This document shows positions 9,461 through 19,523 of a stretch of 64,000 nucleotides of DNA, piece after piece. Origin of the DNA: an uncultured Bacilli bacterium (GTDB taxonomy: Bacteria > Bacillota_I > Bacilli_A > RF39 > UBA660). Position 1 is the first letter of the stretch. The number at the start of each line of letters is the position of its first letter. The stretch is taken from positions 20,349 to 84,348 of the forward strand of contig CANQQK010000001.1 in NCBI GenBank assembly GCA_947626015.1, in the 5' to 3' direction. The notes beneath the pieces are model-generated. The model searched no databases. It was not told the DNA's origin and saw nothing but the letters and a program-made list of their open reading frames with translations. A program made the translations under genes and the position numbers.

Positions 9461-10486
9461 ATGAAAAAACTAATATTTAATGAAGATGGTACTTTAAAAG
9501 TTATAAATGTTATTATTCTTATCGATATTATTGTTGCTATTGGTTTATTATTTATGGTTAAAAATATATATGGTTCCTTGAGCAATACCACAGATATTAA
9601 AAGAAAAACCACCACGACCAAGACGACCACAACGATTGATCTATGTAATGGTTGTAAGGTAAATTTCAAGAGTAAAGAGATGGATGTAAGTCCTAATAAT
9701 ACCTATCTCTTAGATGAATTAATGGCTTTAGAAAAAGTAAATATCAATCATGTTAAATTTACGATTAGTGATGAAAAACTAGCAAAGATTGGGGTTAAGG
9801 ATGATCGTCTAGCATTAGAGGTTTTAGATACCTTAGGAACCTTCACTTTAAAAGCTAGTTATTATACGGAAGAAGCGGAAATAACGATCAATATCAAGAG
9901 TGATAAAGTTATGGATATTAATATTGAACGTAATATCTACTATATCAAAAAGGGAGAAAAGGAATTATTAAAATATGATATAATTCCGAAAGGTTTTAAA
10001 ACCGATAATATTAATGTCAAGAGTGAAAATGAAAATATTGCTTCGATTGAAGAAGGTTACATCGTTGGTAAGGAAGTTGGTAAAACCAATATCGTTATCG
10101 AAACCGATGGTATTACTAAAAAGGTACCAGTATATATCGTAAATTCACAGGTTACTTTAAAGGTTAAAGAGAACTTCTTATATCGGGATTTAGATAAAGC
10201 TACCTATAATGGTGCTGATGATATTGAAGTCTTATTAATCTTAGAAGATGAAAGCAAGACGAATAATGATATTACTTATGAAGTTATCAGTGATGAAGAT
10301 ATGACGGTTGAAGCTAATTATATAAAGAAGAATAGTGAGTATCCGAATGCTTATGAATATACCCTTAAGATTGGGACGAATGATAAGGTCAATAAAACGC
10401 CAAGAAAGGGTGCAACGGTAATATTCAGTTTAAGTGATGGTTCGAAGGTTGAACTCCGAATCGATGTCGATATTAAAAAGAATTAA
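9461..10486 (+). CDS. Membrane-anchored surface protein with Thr-rich linker and Ig-like (BIG2-type) repeats
   Basis: N-terminal TM VINVIILIDIIVAIGLLFMV, linker RKTTTTKTTTTID, then beta-rich repeats. Confidence 0.5.
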   Translation: MKKLIFNEDGTLKVINVIILIDIIVAIGLLFMVKNIYGSLSNTTDIKRKTTTTKTTTTIDLCNGCKVNFKSKEMDVSPNNTYLLDELMALEKVNINHVKFTISDEKLAKIGVKDDRLALEVLDTLGTFTLKASYYTEEAEITINIKSDKVMDINIERNIYYIKKGEKELLKYDIIPKGFKTDNINVKSENENIASIEEGYIVGKEVGKTNIVIETDGITKKVPVYIVNSQVTLKVKENFLYRDLDKATYNGADDIEVLLILEDESKTNNDITYEVISDEDMTVEANYIKKNSEYPNAYEYTLKIGTNDKVNKTPRKGATVIFSLSDGSKVELRIDVDIKKN

Positions 10487-10494
10487 GTAAAGAG

Positions 10495-10818
10495 ATGGTA
10501 TTTATGGCAGTATGTACGAATTGTGGAAAAGAATTTGATAGAATAGGAACCAACTGTCCTTTCTGTCATGCTAAGTTAGGTGTTAGTTCCGTAACCAGTA
10601 AAGAGCAAAGGGATTCCTTTCATGGAAGATATGATGATAAGAGCAAGGGATTAATGATTCTAAGTATGATATGTCCCATATATGGTTTTATCGATTACTA
10701 TAAGAATAAGGATGAATATCCTTTAAGAACCTCTTCATCGATTACGGGTGCTTTTATTGGAACGATTATCTATCTTCTAATAATAACCATTATTATCTAT
10801 TTAATATTATTTAAATAA
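10495..10818 (+). CDS. Small zinc-ribbon protein with C-terminal TM helix
   Basis: CTNCGKEF...CPFCHAKL double CxxC; C-terminal FIGTIIYLLIITIIIYLILF; terminator GGCTTAAAAGCC-TTTTTTT at 10819..10837. Confidence 0.5.
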   Translation: MVFMAVCTNCGKEFDRIGTNCPFCHAKLGVSSVTSKEQRDSFHGRYDDKSKGLMILSMICPIYGFIDYYKNKDEYPLRTSSSITGAFIGTIIYLLIITIIIYLILFK

Positions 10819-10889
10819 GGCTTAAAAGCCTTTTTTTAATGCATAAAGATTTACACATATCATAATATTTAGAGAAAGGAAGGGTTTAT

Positions 10890-12368
10890 ATGGAGATGAA
10901 AGAAATAATCGAATCGATATCTAAAAGAGGTAATGGTTCTATCTATCTTGGTGTAGTAGGTGCGGTAAGAACTGGTAAATCAACGTTTATAAAACGTGTT
11001 ATTGAGAATTTGGTCGTACCTAATATCGAAGATGAATATGATAAGAAAAAATGTCTTGATGAGATACCCCAATCTTCTAATGGTAAACAGATTATGACCA
11101 CCGAACCTAAATTTGTACCATCTTCTGGAGCAATTATTAAAATCGATGATTTTCAAACGAATATTAAACTTATCGATTGTGTAGGTTTTGTTATCGATAA
11201 TTCCATCGGTTATGAAGATGTTGAAGGTAATCCTCGTTTAGTTAATACTCCATGGTATACTGAAGCTATCCCTTTTATCGAAGCAGCTGAGATTGGTACG
11301 GAAAAGGTTATTAAAGATCATGCTACGATTGGGGTTGTAATAACAAGTGATGGTTCCTTTGGTGAATTTAAAAGAAATGATTATATCGATGCTGAGGAAA
11401 AAGTAATCGATGAATTAAAGACGATCAATAAACCTTTTATCGTTATTCTTAATACCTCAAGACCTAATGATCCAAAGACACTTAAATTGGTCAGTGAATT
11501 AAGTGAAAAATATGAGGTTGATATCATGCCAATCGATGTGGAAAATATGGGTAAGAAGGAGATCAATGATATCTTAAGAAGTGCCATATCCGAATTTCCA
11601 ATCGTCGATGTTAAGGTTAATCTTCCCGAATGGGTTCATGTCTTAAGCAATAAAAATGAGGTTAAGAATCATTATCTAAATAAGATTAAAGAAAGCGTTG
11701 TTAATGTTAATAAGGTTAAAGACGTCAATAATATTATCAACTATTATACCGATAGTACCATCATCAATAGAGCTTATATATCTGATTTAGATACGGGATT
11801 AGGGGTTGTAACATTAAATCTTGAAAGTTCAGATGAACTATATAATGAAACTTTAAGATCGATTATGGGAGATATCAATATCAATAAAGCATCGATTCTT
11901 AAGATCTTCTCTTTATATCGTGATAGTGAAGAAGAACATGCCATGCTTAGTGATGCCTTGAAGAGTGCTTATGCTAGTGGTTATGGTATTGTTTATCCAA
12001 CACTAAAGGATATGCATTTAGAGACCCCTGAGGTAATTAAACAAGGAAATCGTTATGGAGTAAGATTAAAAGCTAAAGCTACCAGTATTCATATGCTAAA
12101 GGTTGATGTTGAATCAACATTCGAACCAATCATCGGTAGTGAAGTTCAATCTAAGGAATTGATCGATTATATTATGAAGGATTATAACGAAGATCCAACA
12201 AGCATCTGGAAGAGTGAAATCTTTGGTCGTAGTTTAGATGTCATCGTCAAAGAAGGTATTCAATCTAAACTAGCGATGATGCCGGATAATACCCGTTATA
12301 AACTTGCTAATGTTGTTACCAAAATTGTTAATAAAGGTTCCGATAAATTGATTGCTATCGTCCTTTAG
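10890..12368 (+). CDS. spoIVA: Stage IV sporulation protein A (spore-coat morphogenetic ATPase)
   Basis: Near-colinear match to remembered SpoIVA: GSIYLGVVGAVRTGKSTFIKR (Walker A), MTTEPKFVP, LVNTPWYTEAIPF, HATIGVVITSDG, IHMLKVDVES, PTSIWKSEIFGRSLDVIVKEGIQSKLAMMPDNTRYKL, LIAIVL C-terminus. Confidence 0.92.
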   Translation: MEMKEIIESISKRGNGSIYLGVVGAVRTGKSTFIKRVIENLVVPNIEDEYDKKKCLDEIPQSSNGKQIMTTEPKFVPSSGAIIKIDDFQTNIKLIDCVGFVIDNSIGYEDVEGNPRLVNTPWYTEAIPFIEAAEIGTEKVIKDHATIGVVITSDGSFGEFKRNDYIDAEEKVIDELKTINKPFIVILNTSRPNDPKTLKLVSELSEKYEVDIMPIDVENMGKKEINDILRSAISEFPIVDVKVNLPEWVHVLSNKNEVKNHYLNKIKESVVNVNKVKDVNNIINYYTDSTIINRAYISDLDTGLGVVTLNLESSDELYNETLRSIMGDININKASILKIFSLYRDSEEEHAMLSDALKSAYASGYGIVYPTLKDMHLETPEVIKQGNRYGVRLKAKATSIHMLKVDVESTFEPIIGSEVQSKELIDYIMKDYNEDPTSIWKSEIFGRSLDVIVKEGIQSKLAMMPDNTRYKLANVVTKIVNKGSDKLIAIVL

Positions 12369-12457
12369 TAAACCAATTGTAAAAGAATATCACCAATATT
12401 CTTTTTTTGTTGGTCTTAGGGGTAATAACAAGTATAATTTAAGTAGGGTGTAATGTT

Positions 12458-12739
12458 ATGAATCATCGAATAAAAACGAATGTTGTATTCTTTGTTATAT
12501 TAGGAGCGCTTAATGGTGTTATGATCTCTTTAACGGGAAGTTTCTTCCTAGATTATATCGTTACTAATTATACAACCGAAGTAACTCTAAGTTATATGGA
12601 TTGGTTATTGGTATGTGCTCCATGCTTTGCTCTTGTAGGTGCTTTATTTAATCTGGCAACAGCTATCTTGATGTATGAAGAAATCCCCGTAGAGGAACGT
12701 AAGAAAAAAGTTACTAGGAAAAGAAAGAATAGCAAATAG
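12458..12739 (+). CDS. Small integral membrane protein (2 TM)
   Basis: ORF with RBS AGGGTG; two hydrophobic helices; preceded by a terminator (12388..12412) and a TTGGTC-17-TATAAT promoter. Confidence 0.4.
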   Translation: MNHRIKTNVVFFVILGALNGVMISLTGSFFLDYIVTNYTTEVTLSYMDWLLVCAPCFALVGALFNLATAILMYEEIPVEERKKKVTRKRKNSK

Positions 12740-12782
12740 CTATTTTTTTTGTTACAATAAATCCTTAAGAAAAGGTGATAAT

Positions 12783-13649
12783 ATGATCGATCTTCATTTA
12801 CATACAACCTATTCTGATGGAGATTATAGTGTTCGTGATCTCATTAACATTTTAAACGAAAAGAAGATCAAATTAGCTTCCATCACCGATCATAATAGTG
12901 TTGATGCTCATAGGGAATATCGTGATAGTACTTATGATAGATTATATGATGGTAAGATGATAACCGGTAGTGAGATTCAAACCCTTATGGAAGATTATCT
13001 TATTGAAGTCTTAGTATATGGTTATGATTTAGATCACTTTAAGGAATATGTTGATGAAACACGTAAAAAATTTTGGGATTTTCATTATCATGCTTACCAA
13101 GAGTTATTAAGCAAAGCAAGAGCTTTAGGCTTAAAATATCAAGAACCATCAAGACCTTTAGAAAACGGATATTACTGCAATATGAAGTTTCAAGATGCGA
13201 TTGCGGCTTGTTATGAAGAAAATAAGGGTTTAGTTGATGAACGTATCTTAAAGGATCATCTCTATTTTTATCGTCATGAGTTTCAAAATCCGAATAGCAT
13301 CTTTTATATCGATAATTCGGCATCATTCCCGAAAATCGAAGATCTTATTAGGGTAGCTCATGAATGTCATGGCTTATGTGTGTTAGCGCATATCGATGAA
13401 TATCAAAGTATCGAAGATAAAGGTGCTTTCTTAGATGCTTTAGTTCATGATACTGCCATCGATGATATCGAATGCTTTCATCCATCGATATCTAGAGAAA
13501 ATACCAAAAAATATATGGATTATGCTAAAAGTCATAATCTTCTTATAAGTGCGGGATCGGACTTCCATGGTCCGCATCTACCACATCGCAAAGGCATTGA
13601 TACCATAGCTACTAAAGAAGAGGTAACCATTTTAAAAAAATTAAGATGA
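12783..13649 (+). CDS. PHP-domain metal-dependent phosphoesterase
   Basis: MIDLHLHTTYSDGDYSV...ASITDHNSV N-terminal PHP motif; conserved His/Asp positions further down (AHIDE, GSDFHGP). Confidence 0.7.
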   Translation: MIDLHLHTTYSDGDYSVRDLINILNEKKIKLASITDHNSVDAHREYRDSTYDRLYDGKMITGSEIQTLMEDYLIEVLVYGYDLDHFKEYVDETRKKFWDFHYHAYQELLSKARALGLKYQEPSRPLENGYYCNMKFQDAIAACYEENKGLVDERILKDHLYFYRHEFQNPNSIFYIDNSASFPKIEDLIRVAHECHGLCVLAHIDEYQSIEDKGAFLDALVHDTAIDDIECFHPSISRENTKKYMDYAKSHNLLISAGSDFHGPHLPHRKGIDTIATKEEVTILKKLR

Positions 13650-13720
13650 GGTAAACCTCTTTTTTATTGAAATAATAAACTAATTATTATAGAATAATAA
13701 TAGAATAAGAGGTTGGGTAT

Positions 13721-15091
13721 ATGGATAGAAACGATGAATTTTCTATAGAAGATATTACTAGTACAATTCCATCTATGTCCCCTGACGATACGGAAGAAAT
13801 TGAATTGCCTTCTTTAAAGAGTGATCATCATGAAAAAGAAAGTACTTATGAAGACTTTAATAATCTCGAACCCGAAGAGATCTCTTTAGCAACCAGTTAT
13901 GTCGATCAAGAAGAAGGTAAAGAGCTTGAAGACTTTTTATTTGATACCATGCAAAATATTCCCGAAATACCTGATCTAGAAGATGAAAGTATAAAAGAAG
14001 TTACCGAAAATATTCCAATTATAACCTCCTTAGAAGATGAAGATTTATCTGCTCCAGAAGATAAAACTGTTGATCCTGTATCTAAGGATAAAACCTTGGA
14101 AGATGATGATTCTGCTTCAGAAGATAAAACCTTTGAATATGTTGATACTGTTCCTGAGGAAAAACTTTTCGAATATGTGGATGATGTTATTGGTTTTGAT
14201 GAACCAATTGAAGAAAATAAAGTATCCGAAGAAGAATTAAATCGTTTAGCAGAACAAAATAAAGTTTTTGAATCGATGCAAGATGAATACTTTGAAGAAG
14301 ATGAAGATGAAGCTGAAAAGAAAGCTCTAGCATCCCTAGAAGAGGATAAAAACCTAGGTGCACTTCATGATGCTTATGACGAAATCTATGAAGAAGAAAC
14401 AATTGAACCTGAAGAAGAAATAAAATTGGATGAAGAAATCCAAGCTATGAACGTTCCTGAATTTACTGCTATGGAAACTGAAGATAATCCAATTAGTGAA
14501 GTAAATGAAGATATTGAAGTAAGTGAACCAGTAATCAAAGAAAGAGTTGAAGATGCTGAATTAGTTAAACCAGTAATCGAAGAATCAGTTGAAGATACTG
14601 AACTAACTGAACCAGTACCTGATGAATCAAAAGAAGGACCTGAAGTAAGTGAAACTGAGGTTCAAGAAGTAGAAGAAAAAGCTGAAGTTACAAATGAACC
14701 AGAGGTTAGTGAACCTATAAAAAAGGTTGTTGTAACTGCTAAGGTACCAGTTAAGACAGTTAATAAAGAACCACGAGTTATTACTAATATCGAAATGACT
14801 TTAGGAGAACACTTAAAAGAGAATGCTAAAGAGATGAAACCAGTTAGTAAAGTTGAGAAGATAATTGGTGTAATCATTATTATTATCATTATTATTGTGG
14901 CATTCCTATTAATTCGTTCAGTTATTAAGGATGAGCCAGTAATTACTCCAGATGGAACGACGACGACAACAACTCTTCCATCAGTAAAAACGAAAAGTCA
15001 ATCTACGACAACTACGAATGAAGTTATAACGGTTAGCAAGACAACAACCACCGCTCCTGACGTTGAATTAACCCCTAATATACCTAATTAA
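13721..15091 (+). CDS. Highly acidic repeat protein with C-terminal TM helix and short Thr-rich ectodomain
   Basis: About 370 aa of Glu/Asp-rich cytoplasmic sequence with internal repeats (DKTVDPV / DKTFEYVD / EPVIKERVEDAE / KPVIEESVEDTE), TM IIGVIIIIIIIIVAFLLI, tail TTTTTTLPSVKTKSQSTTTTNE...TTTTAP. Confidence 0.5.
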   Translation: MDRNDEFSIEDITSTIPSMSPDDTEEIELPSLKSDHHEKESTYEDFNNLEPEEISLATSYVDQEEGKELEDFLFDTMQNIPEIPDLEDESIKEVTENIPIITSLEDEDLSAPEDKTVDPVSKDKTLEDDDSASEDKTFEYVDTVPEEKLFEYVDDVIGFDEPIEENKVSEEELNRLAEQNKVFESMQDEYFEEDEDEAEKKALASLEEDKNLGALHDAYDEIYEEETIEPEEEIKLDEEIQAMNVPEFTAMETEDNPISEVNEDIEVSEPVIKERVEDAELVKPVIEESVEDTELTEPVPDESKEGPEVSETEVQEVEEKAEVTNEPEVSEPIKKVVVTAKVPVKTVNKEPRVITNIEMTLGEHLKENAKEMKPVSKVEKIIGVIIIIIIIIVAFLLIRSVIKDEPVITPDGTTTTTTLPSVKTKSQSTTTTNEVITVSKTTTTAPDVELTPNIPN

Positions 15092-15095
15092 TTAA

Positions 15096-15125
15096 AGCAG
15101 ATATCTTAGAAATCTGCTTTTTTTG
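15096..15125 (+). terminator. Rho-independent terminator
   Basis: GCAGAT-ATCTTAGAA-ATCTGC followed by TTTTTTTG. Confidence 0.55.
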
Positions 15126-15259
15126 ACTAAATTATGCGCTTTTTTAACGTATTTTCGTTATTTTTTAATGTTTTTTTATTGCAATTAAAGAAATATTTTG
15201 ATACATTTTATATGTAGGGTAAATGCCTACTAGAAAATTTGATATGGGAGGTATTATTT

Positions 15260-15532
15260 ATGTCAAAAACTGAATTAGTAGAATTTGTAGCAGAAGAAGC
15301 TAACATGAGTAAAGCTGAAGCAGCTAGAGCTGTAGATGCTATAATGAAAGGAATCACTAAAGGTCTTAAAAAGGATAAGAAAGTTGCTTTAGTTGGATTC
15401 GGAACATTCTCTTGCAAGACTAGAGAAGCTAGAGAAGGTATTAATCCATTAACTAAAGAACCTATGAAGATTCCTGCTAAGAATGTTGTTTCTTTCAAAG
15501 CTGGAAGTAAATTAAAAGACTCTTTAAATTAA
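15260..15532 (+). CDS. hup: DNA-binding protein HU
   Basis: MSKTELVEFVAEEA...VALVGFGTFSCKTREAREGINPLT...KIPAKNVVSFKAG; start at 15260 after RBS GGGAGG (the track's 15239 ORF is an upstream extension); strong terminator at 15541..15568. Confidence 0.9.
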   Translation: MSKTELVEFVAEEANMSKAEAARAVDAIMKGITKGLKKDKKVALVGFGTFSCKTREAREGINPLTKEPMKIPAKNVVSFKAGSKLKDSLN

Positions 15533-15540
15533 TAGTTTTA

Positions 15541-15568
15541 AGAACTCAAAAAAGTTGAGTTCTTTTTT
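15541..15568 (+). terminator. Rho-independent terminator after hup
   Basis: AGAACTCAA-AAAA-GTTGAGTTCT followed by TTTTTTTAT. Confidence 0.7.
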
Positions 15569-15600
15569 TATGTATTATATAATTATAATGAGGAAATAAT

Positions 15601-16599
15601 ATGGAGACAAAGAGGGTATATCATTTAAAAACATGGCCTAAAGTAGTATTAGTTATCCTTATCTTATTAGGGATAGGTCTTTATTATGCCAATGAAAGAT
15701 ATAAAGAATATCTCTATACTTTAACCTATGAATATAAATTTATTCAAGCTGGTTATAGTATGGAAGAATATCAAACAATTAATGATAATTTAACCGAAGA
15801 AGAGATGGATCATGTCTTAAGTTATGAATATAATGAATTTATACCAGAATTTGTCAAACAAAAATATTTTATGTTTAAAAACCTAGATGGTTATTTATCA
15901 CAAGTTATAACACAAGATGAGGATTTTTTTAAATATCATGGTACAGAAGGTTATGACTATGAACATATCGTAGCTATGGTTAATGTTGGTAGTATCAATG
16001 AACCTTATGAAGATGTTAAGAAGACGGATTTTTCTAAGGGATATGGACTTCTTGCTAATAAGTATTATGATCTAGGTATGAGTTATGAACCCGATGATTT
16101 AGTGGCAATCGATATTAGATATCGTTATGATGGTGATAAAAAGATTCGTAAGGAAGCTTATGAGAATTTCCTTAAAATGTGGGAAGATGCTTATAGTACA
16201 GGTATCTATCTTATCGTTGAAGATGCTTATCGTTCGGCTAGTGAACAAGAGAGAGTTTATAAGTCCTATGAGGAATATAAAGATATCAAGTATGCCGATT
16301 CCATTGCTGCAAGACCAGGATTTTCTGAACATCAAACGGGGTTAGCTTTAGATATCTATTCTAAGGAGTGTGCAACAGCTAATGCCTTTAAGGATTCTAA
16401 TTCCTATAAATGGTTAGCGGCTAATTCCTATAAGTATGGTTTTATCGTTCGTTATCCCGAAGGGGAAAAAGCCGAAGAACTAACGGGTTATAAATTTGAA
16501 CCATGGCATTATCGTTATCTAGGTGTCGAACTAGCAACTAAGGTTTATGAAGAAGGCATCACCTATGATGAATACTATGCTTATTACATGGATTCATAA
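15601..16599 (+). CDS. Peptidase M15 (VanY-type D-Ala-D-Ala carboxypeptidase) with N-terminal TM anchor
   Basis: SEHQTGLALD, DAYRSASEQERVY and EPWHYRYLG match the M15B zinc-ligand motifs (H, D, H). Confidence 0.7.
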   Translation: METKRVYHLKTWPKVVLVILILLGIGLYYANERYKEYLYTLTYEYKFIQAGYSMEEYQTINDNLTEEEMDHVLSYEYNEFIPEFVKQKYFMFKNLDGYLSQVITQDEDFFKYHGTEGYDYEHIVAMVNVGSINEPYEDVKKTDFSKGYGLLANKYYDLGMSYEPDDLVAIDIRYRYDGDKKIRKEAYENFLKMWEDAYSTGIYLIVEDAYRSASEQERVYKSYEEYKDIKYADSIAARPGFSEHQTGLALDIYSKECATANAFKDSNSYKWLAANSYKYGFIVRYPEGEKAEELTGYKFEPWHYRYLGVELATKVYEEGITYDEYYAYYMDS

Positions 16600-16656
16600 C
16601 TTTGACTATTAAAATAATATGTGATAGAATAACTTCCCAATAAAGGGGAGTTTTTT

Positions 16657-17538
16657 ATGTCAAAGTTAAATAATTTAACGCGTAATGCGATTTCCATTAT
16701 TTTAAGTGGAGCAATCTTAGTAACATCTGGTGGGGTTATTATAGGTATGGTTCATAAGAATAAAGAGATGAGTGATGTTAAAGAAGCTTTAGAGTATATT
16801 ACGGAGTATAATGCTGAGAAGTTTCAAGATGCTTATGAATTATATGATCGTTATATCGAACTTATCAAAAATGAAATCGTTGCTACGGGTATGGATAAAA
16901 GTGCTATTGAAGTCTTTGCTACCTATGAGTTATTACAAAATAATGGTTTGCTTTCTTTAGGTTCATCATTTAACTTTGGTGAACCAGATTATGAAGTAAT
17001 AGGTAATCTAGGGATGAGTGTTGTTACGGGTACAAGTGTATGTCGTAATCAAGCTTATAATCTATATCGTTTGTTTCAATCATTAGGTTATGAAGTTACG
17101 GTATGTCATGGTGAATTATATGAAACAACCTTTGCTCAAGGAGTTACTAATCATGCTTTAGTATGTGTCCATGAAGGTAATATGTATTATCTATTCGATC
17201 CAACGAATGCGACAATCTTCCTTCGTAGTGTTACTGGTCAATGGATATCTATGGATCATGAAGATAAGAAGTTTGATCCATCACCATATGCTAATGAAAT
17301 GTTTGAAACCTTAGATGAAACCGCTGGATTACATTGGTATTTCCATGATGATTATGGTTCTTGTGTTACCTATAGAACTCGTCGTAATGATGCTTTATCT
17401 AAAGCTATGCAATATTATCAATATTATATCGATTATGAAAATGAATATCTAAAACCATTAGAAGAAGAATTAGATCATAACTTAAGAGTAGAGTTTAATA
17501 TTGAACCTCCAGATGAGGTTCCGGTTGTTTTAGGATAA
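16657..17538 (+). CDS. Membrane-anchored transglutaminase-like (Cys-His-Asp) putative cysteine peptidase
   Basis: TM near the N-terminus; GTSVCRNQAYNLYRLF (Cys), NHALVCVHEG (His), YYLFDPTN (Asp) arranged as in the TGc core. Confidence 0.4.
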   Translation: MSKLNNLTRNAISIILSGAILVTSGGVIIGMVHKNKEMSDVKEALEYITEYNAEKFQDAYELYDRYIELIKNEIVATGMDKSAIEVFATYELLQNNGLLSLGSSFNFGEPDYEVIGNLGMSVVTGTSVCRNQAYNLYRLFQSLGYEVTVCHGELYETTFAQGVTNHALVCVHEGNMYYLFDPTNATIFLRSVTGQWISMDHEDKKFDPSPYANEMFETLDETAGLHWYFHDDYGSCVTYRTRRNDALSKAMQYYQYYIDYENEYLKPLEEELDHNLRVEFNIEPPDEVPVVLG

Positions 17539-17653
17539 AATAGGGAAACCTATTTTTTTCTTGCTAAAATATAAATATCTTTACACTTTGATTACCATAA
17601 AAGGTTAAATATTATAAATAATTATTATATAATTGTAGTAAGAGGGTGAATAT

Positions 17654-18739
17654 ATGCGTGTCATTGTAACCGCAGGTGGTACAGGAGGACATATCTATCC
17701 TGCACTAGCCATTATTGATAAGATAAAAGAATTAGAACCTAAGAGTGAATTTTTATATATTGGAACTCATAATCGTATGGAAAATACAATCGTTCCTGAA
17801 AGAGGAATCGATTATGTCCCCATCGAAATATATGGGCTTTCTACATCATTAAAATTGATGGGAAGAAATGTTAAAAATGTCTTCTTAATTCAGAAGGCTT
17901 ATAAGAAATGTCTTAAGATTATGAAAGACTTTAAACCGGATATCGTTATTGGGGTTGGGGGATATGTTACTTACCCGGTCATCAAAGCTGCTCATAAATG
18001 TGGTATTAAGACCTTTGTTCATGAACAAAACAGTATCCCTGGTAAAGCTAATAAAGCTTTATTAAAATACGTTGATCTCGTAGGTGTAAGTTTTAATGAT
18101 TCCTTAAAATATTTTACGAAGAATAAAGCTATTATGACCGGTAATCCTTGTAGTGAAAATGCTTTAAAGATTAAAAAGATTAATAAGGAAACCTATGGGC
18201 TTGATCCTAAGAAGAAGAGTGTTTTAATCTTTAGTGGTTCTTTAGGTAGTTCAACGGTTAATAATAAGATGATCGATTACTTAAAGATGGTTAAAGATAG
18301 TGATTATGATGTTTTATATATCACGGGTAAATCAAGTTATGAGGAATTTAATAAGAATAAATTTCCTAAAAATGTTCATGTAGTACCATATGTGGATAAT
18401 CTAAGTGGACTTATGAAGGATATGGATTTGATCGTCAGTCGCGCGGGAGCAAGTAGTATGGCTGAGATAACCGCTTTAGGCGTTCCTTGTATTTTAATAC
18501 CTAGTCCATTTGTTGCTAATAATCATCAATATTATAATGCTTTAAGTATCGTTGAAAGTCATGCGGGTGAGATGATCGAAGAGAGTAATCTTACAGCAAT
18601 GGAACTTAAAAAACATGTTGAAGGCATTTTAAATGATGAGAAAAAGATGAAGATGTATAAAGAGAATTTACAAAAACTAAGTATAAATGATTCTGCAACG
18701 ATCATTTATAATGCTTTAAAGGATTTAATAAAAGATTAA
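17654..18739 (+). CDS. murG: UDP-GlcNAc:undecaprenyl-PP-MurNAc-pentapeptide GlcNAc transferase
   Basis: MRVIVTAGGTGGHIYPALAI N-terminus, GGYVTYP, C-terminal SRAGASSMAEI motif. Confidence 0.9.
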   Translation: MRVIVTAGGTGGHIYPALAIIDKIKELEPKSEFLYIGTHNRMENTIVPERGIDYVPIEIYGLSTSLKLMGRNVKNVFLIQKAYKKCLKIMKDFKPDIVIGVGGYVTYPVIKAAHKCGIKTFVHEQNSIPGKANKALLKYVDLVGVSFNDSLKYFTKNKAIMTGNPCSENALKIKKINKETYGLDPKKKSVLIFSGSLGSSTVNNKMIDYLKMVKDSDYDVLYITGKSSYEEFNKNKFPKNVHVVPYVDNLSGLMKDMDLIVSRAGASSMAEITALGVPCILIPSPFVANNHQYYNALSIVESHAGEMIEESNLTAMELKKHVEGILNDEKKMKMYKENLQKLSINDSATIIYNALKDLIKD

Positions 18740-18755
18740 AGAAAGGAGGATGAGT

Positions 18756-19523
18756 ATGAAAACTAAAGTTGTTAAGAAAAAAAGACTTAATATCGGTCGC
18801 TTACTCGTCCTCGTTTTATTTTTATATATCATCGTATGTATGGCGATATATATCTATAAAGAACCGGTAAGACATTACGAAATAATTGGAAATGATATCG
18901 TTAAAGATATCGATATTTTAAGAAGTTTAGGGTTAGATTCCTATCCGTCATTTGTTTCCATTAATACGAAGAAATTAAGCAATACTTTAAAGAGCAATGC
19001 TTTCATCAAGGAAGCTAAGGTTAGCTATGGCTGGAATTTTACCATTAAAATCGAAGTCGAAGAAAACCAACCAATGTTTATCGTTAAGGAAAGTGATGAA
19101 ATCTGTCTTTCCGATGGAACATTGATACCAAATAATAAAACCTTCGTTGGTTTACCAACATTACTTAATAATACCCCAACGGAAAATATGAAGTTATTAG
19201 CTGCTAATCTTAGTAAGGTTGATAAAGGAATTCTTAATATGATCAATGATATCGAATATCAACCTAGTTATAATTCGCAAAATAAGGTTATTGATCATAA
19301 TCGTTTCTTATTATCGATGAATGATAAGAATATGGTCTATATTACAGCTAAGAATGCAAAAGCTTTGGATAGTTATTTAGAGATTATCGCCACGAATAAG
19401 ATTACTACATCAGGAACCTTCTATATGGATGGTGAACGAAGCATAGTTAAGCTATCAACGACCGTGGCAACGACCACTAAGAAGACGAAGGCTACAACAA
19501 CGACAAAGAAGGTAACGACATGA
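18756..19523 (+). CDS. divIB: Cell division protein DivIB/FtsQ (TM + POTRA) with Thr/Lys-rich C-terminal tail
   Basis: Start at the second ATG (RBS AAAGGAGG 6 nt upstream); TM LLVLVLFLYIIVCMAIYI; POTRA-like HYEIIGNDIVKDIDIL; tail STTVATTTKKTKATTTTKKVTT. Confidence 0.7.
   Translation: MKTKVVKKKRLNIGRLLVLVLFLYIIVCMAIYIYKEPVRHYEIIGNDIVKDIDILRSLGLDSYPSFVSINTKKLSNTLKSNAFIKEAKVSYGWNFTIKIEVEENQPMFIVKESDEICLSDGTLIPNNKTFVGLPTLLNNTPTENMKLLAANLSKVDKGILNMINDIEYQPSYNSQNKVIDHNRFLLSMNDKNMVYITAKNAKALDSYLEIIATNKITTSGTFYMDGERSIVKLSTTVATTTKKTKATTTTKKVTT

Noticed and set aside
10840-10889. Sigma-E-type promoter upstream of spoIVA (CATATCAT as a -10)
   Set aside because: The match to the -35 is poor and the region is generally AT-rich; it cannot be supported from sequence alone.
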